DNA of 25,378 bases from an uncultured Bacillales bacterium. GTDB lineage: Bacteria; Bacillota_I; Bacilli_A; RF39; UBA660. The stretch is from positions 1 to 25,378 of the forward strand of contig CAMSXY010000001.1 of NCBI GenBank assembly GCA_947065955.1, in the 5' to 3' direction. Positions within the stretch are counted from its first letter, which is position 1; every line of letters starts with the position of its first letter. This document shows, piece by piece, positions 24,278 through 25,378 of the stretch. The position numbers and the translations under genes were made by a program. The notes under the pieces were generated by a model, which was not told the origin of the DNA, ran no database searches, and worked only from the letters and a program-made list of their open reading frames with translations.

Positions 24278-24969
24278 GGCTCAATCTCCCATAATTCAAT
24301 ATCTTGTGTTATCTTTCGTAAATTACTTTCCAAAGCACTTTTGAAATAGCCATATTGATTGGTAATGATTTCGCCATTTTCATCTAATCCTTTATTCGAT
24401 TTCCATTTTTGAATAATATAGTTCACTGTCATAATGACTTCTCGATATTCATATTCTTCTAACATTTCATTGATAAAGTTGTCATATTTATAAAGTTCTA
24501 AATCATCTTCTTTTAAATATTTCTTAACGATTAATTCCATTGTAATGGGATGAAAGTGTTTATCTACTTTATCTATTTGTTTTTTCGTATTTATTTCATT
24601 TGTATTTATTTGTAGGTCATCTTGGGTATTCGCATAATCCGTATGCGGATTATGGGTATGCGGTACTTGGATAGTTGGATATTCATAGATAGAATAGTTA
24701 TATCCAAATTGTCCTTTTTCATTTTGGGTACGTTCTCTTATCAAATAGCCATATTCTTCTAATTCATGAAGAGTAGAACGAATTGCCCTAATGTTTTCTT
24801 TACTCACCTTACATAATCCATTCATAGAATAATCCCAATTATCAGGTAAACTTAACATAAATGACAGTAGTCCTTTTGCTTTATAAGATATATTTTTATC
24901 ACGTAAATGATAGTTACTCATAACTGTATAATTTTTATCTTTGTTAATTCTAAAAACTGACATGAACAT
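24274..24969 (-). CDS. HTH replication initiator (phage replisome-organiser-like)
   Basis: NYTVMSNYHLRDKNISYKAKGLLSFMLSLPDNWDYS...LHELEEYGYL N-terminal wHTH, low-complexity linker, C-terminal YFKSAL; 4-bp overlap with mob; RBS AGGAGG. Confidence 0.72.
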   Translation of the reverse strand: MFMSVFRINKDKNYTVMSNYHLRDKNISYKAKGLLSFMLSLPDNWDYSMNGLCKVSKENIRAIRSTLHELEEYGYLIRERTQNEKGQFGYNYSIYEYPTIQVPHTHNPHTDYANTQDDLQINTNEINTKKQIDKVDKHFHPITMELIVKKYLKEDDLELYKYDNFINEMLEEYEYREVIMTVNYIIQKWKSNKGLDENGEIITNQYGYFKSALESNLRKITQDIELWEIEP

Positions 24970-25104
24970 TCCTCCTTTTCTAGCACTTATTCAGCACTTA
25001 AAATTTCTAAAATTAAGTGTTTCAAAAAGGAATGTTCCGTAATGAAACGGAAAAAATCCACGGTTTTATGTGGATTATGTAGTAATCAATTTCTTTTTAG
25101 TTCG

Positions 25105-25145
25105 TCCTGTTTTCCCGACCATTAAGATTATAAAGCCTTGAATTT
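25105..25145 (+). repeat. attR, 41-bp direct repeat (copy 2)
   Basis: Identical to 17114-17154; preceded by GTTCG, echoing the tRNA T-loop GTTCAAA. Confidence 0.95.
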
Positions 25146-25378
25146 TAGGTTTTTTTTTGTTCCAAACTGTACCACATCTTAATTACATTTTATTTTTCAA
25201 ATAGACAACAAAAAACACAGGTATTTTCAGTCCCTATGTCATTTTATATTATTTGGATATATAAGTGTAAAAATTTTAAGTACCATTTAATTAATTATAC
25301 GTCCATGGCATTTTTTTAATAGTTAAGTTAACCCCGCTTATATGAGCATCTGAATCATTTGTCTTGTTAAGAATGAGA

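Larger units (their letters stand above)
17114..25145. mobile_element. ~8 kb integrative mobilizable element (IME) in tRNA-Pro
   Basis: Flanking 41-bp repeats duplicating the tRNA 3' end, tRNA-proximal tyrosine integrase, Xis-like gene, HTH Rep, MOB_V relaxase and oriT; no phage structural or T4SS genes. Confidence 0.9.

Noticed and set aside
17114-25145. Calling the element a prophage or a self-transmissible ICE
   Set aside because: No capsid, terminase, tail, lysis, VirB4 or coupling-protein genes between the att repeats.
25146-25378. Coding or RNA feature after attR
   Set aside because: No convincing ORF or RNA structure in the 230 bp visible.

Overview
Low-GC Bacillota chromosomal window in the standard genetic code; the style resembles gut Bacilli (RF39/Erysipelotrichales-like), which is an inference only. 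(1) 1-5705: a 5'-truncated AIPR defence protein with an N-terminal winged helix, a GNAT, mscL, a 40-codon gene remnant joined to an ECF sigma/anti-sigma pair with a putative autoregulatory promoter, and DUF3781. (2) 5710-13169: an apparently intact type II-A CRISPR-Cas9 locus with a minus-strand tracrRNA and its own promoter, cas9-cas1-cas2-csn2, a leader largely complementary to the first repeat, and 20 repeats/19 spacers including one duplicated spacer pair. (3) 13210-17130: a wHTH gene, SDR, Met-gamma-lyase family, hypothetical, DegV, tRNA-Arg(ACG) and tRNA-Pro(TGG). (4) 17114-25145: a ~8 kb integrative mobilizable element in the 3' end of tRNA-Pro, bounded by a 41-bp direct repeat. It carries a frameshifted tyrosine integrase, a Xis-like gene, a frameshifted MOB_V relaxase, an HTH replication initiator and a displaced pMV158-type oriT. 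Its cargo includes the most unusual feature of the window, a compact four-gene operon: minimal nucleotidyltransferase, XRE regulator, degenerate small alarmone synthetase and HExxH metallopeptidase. No database searches were run; all family calls are from motif recognition.
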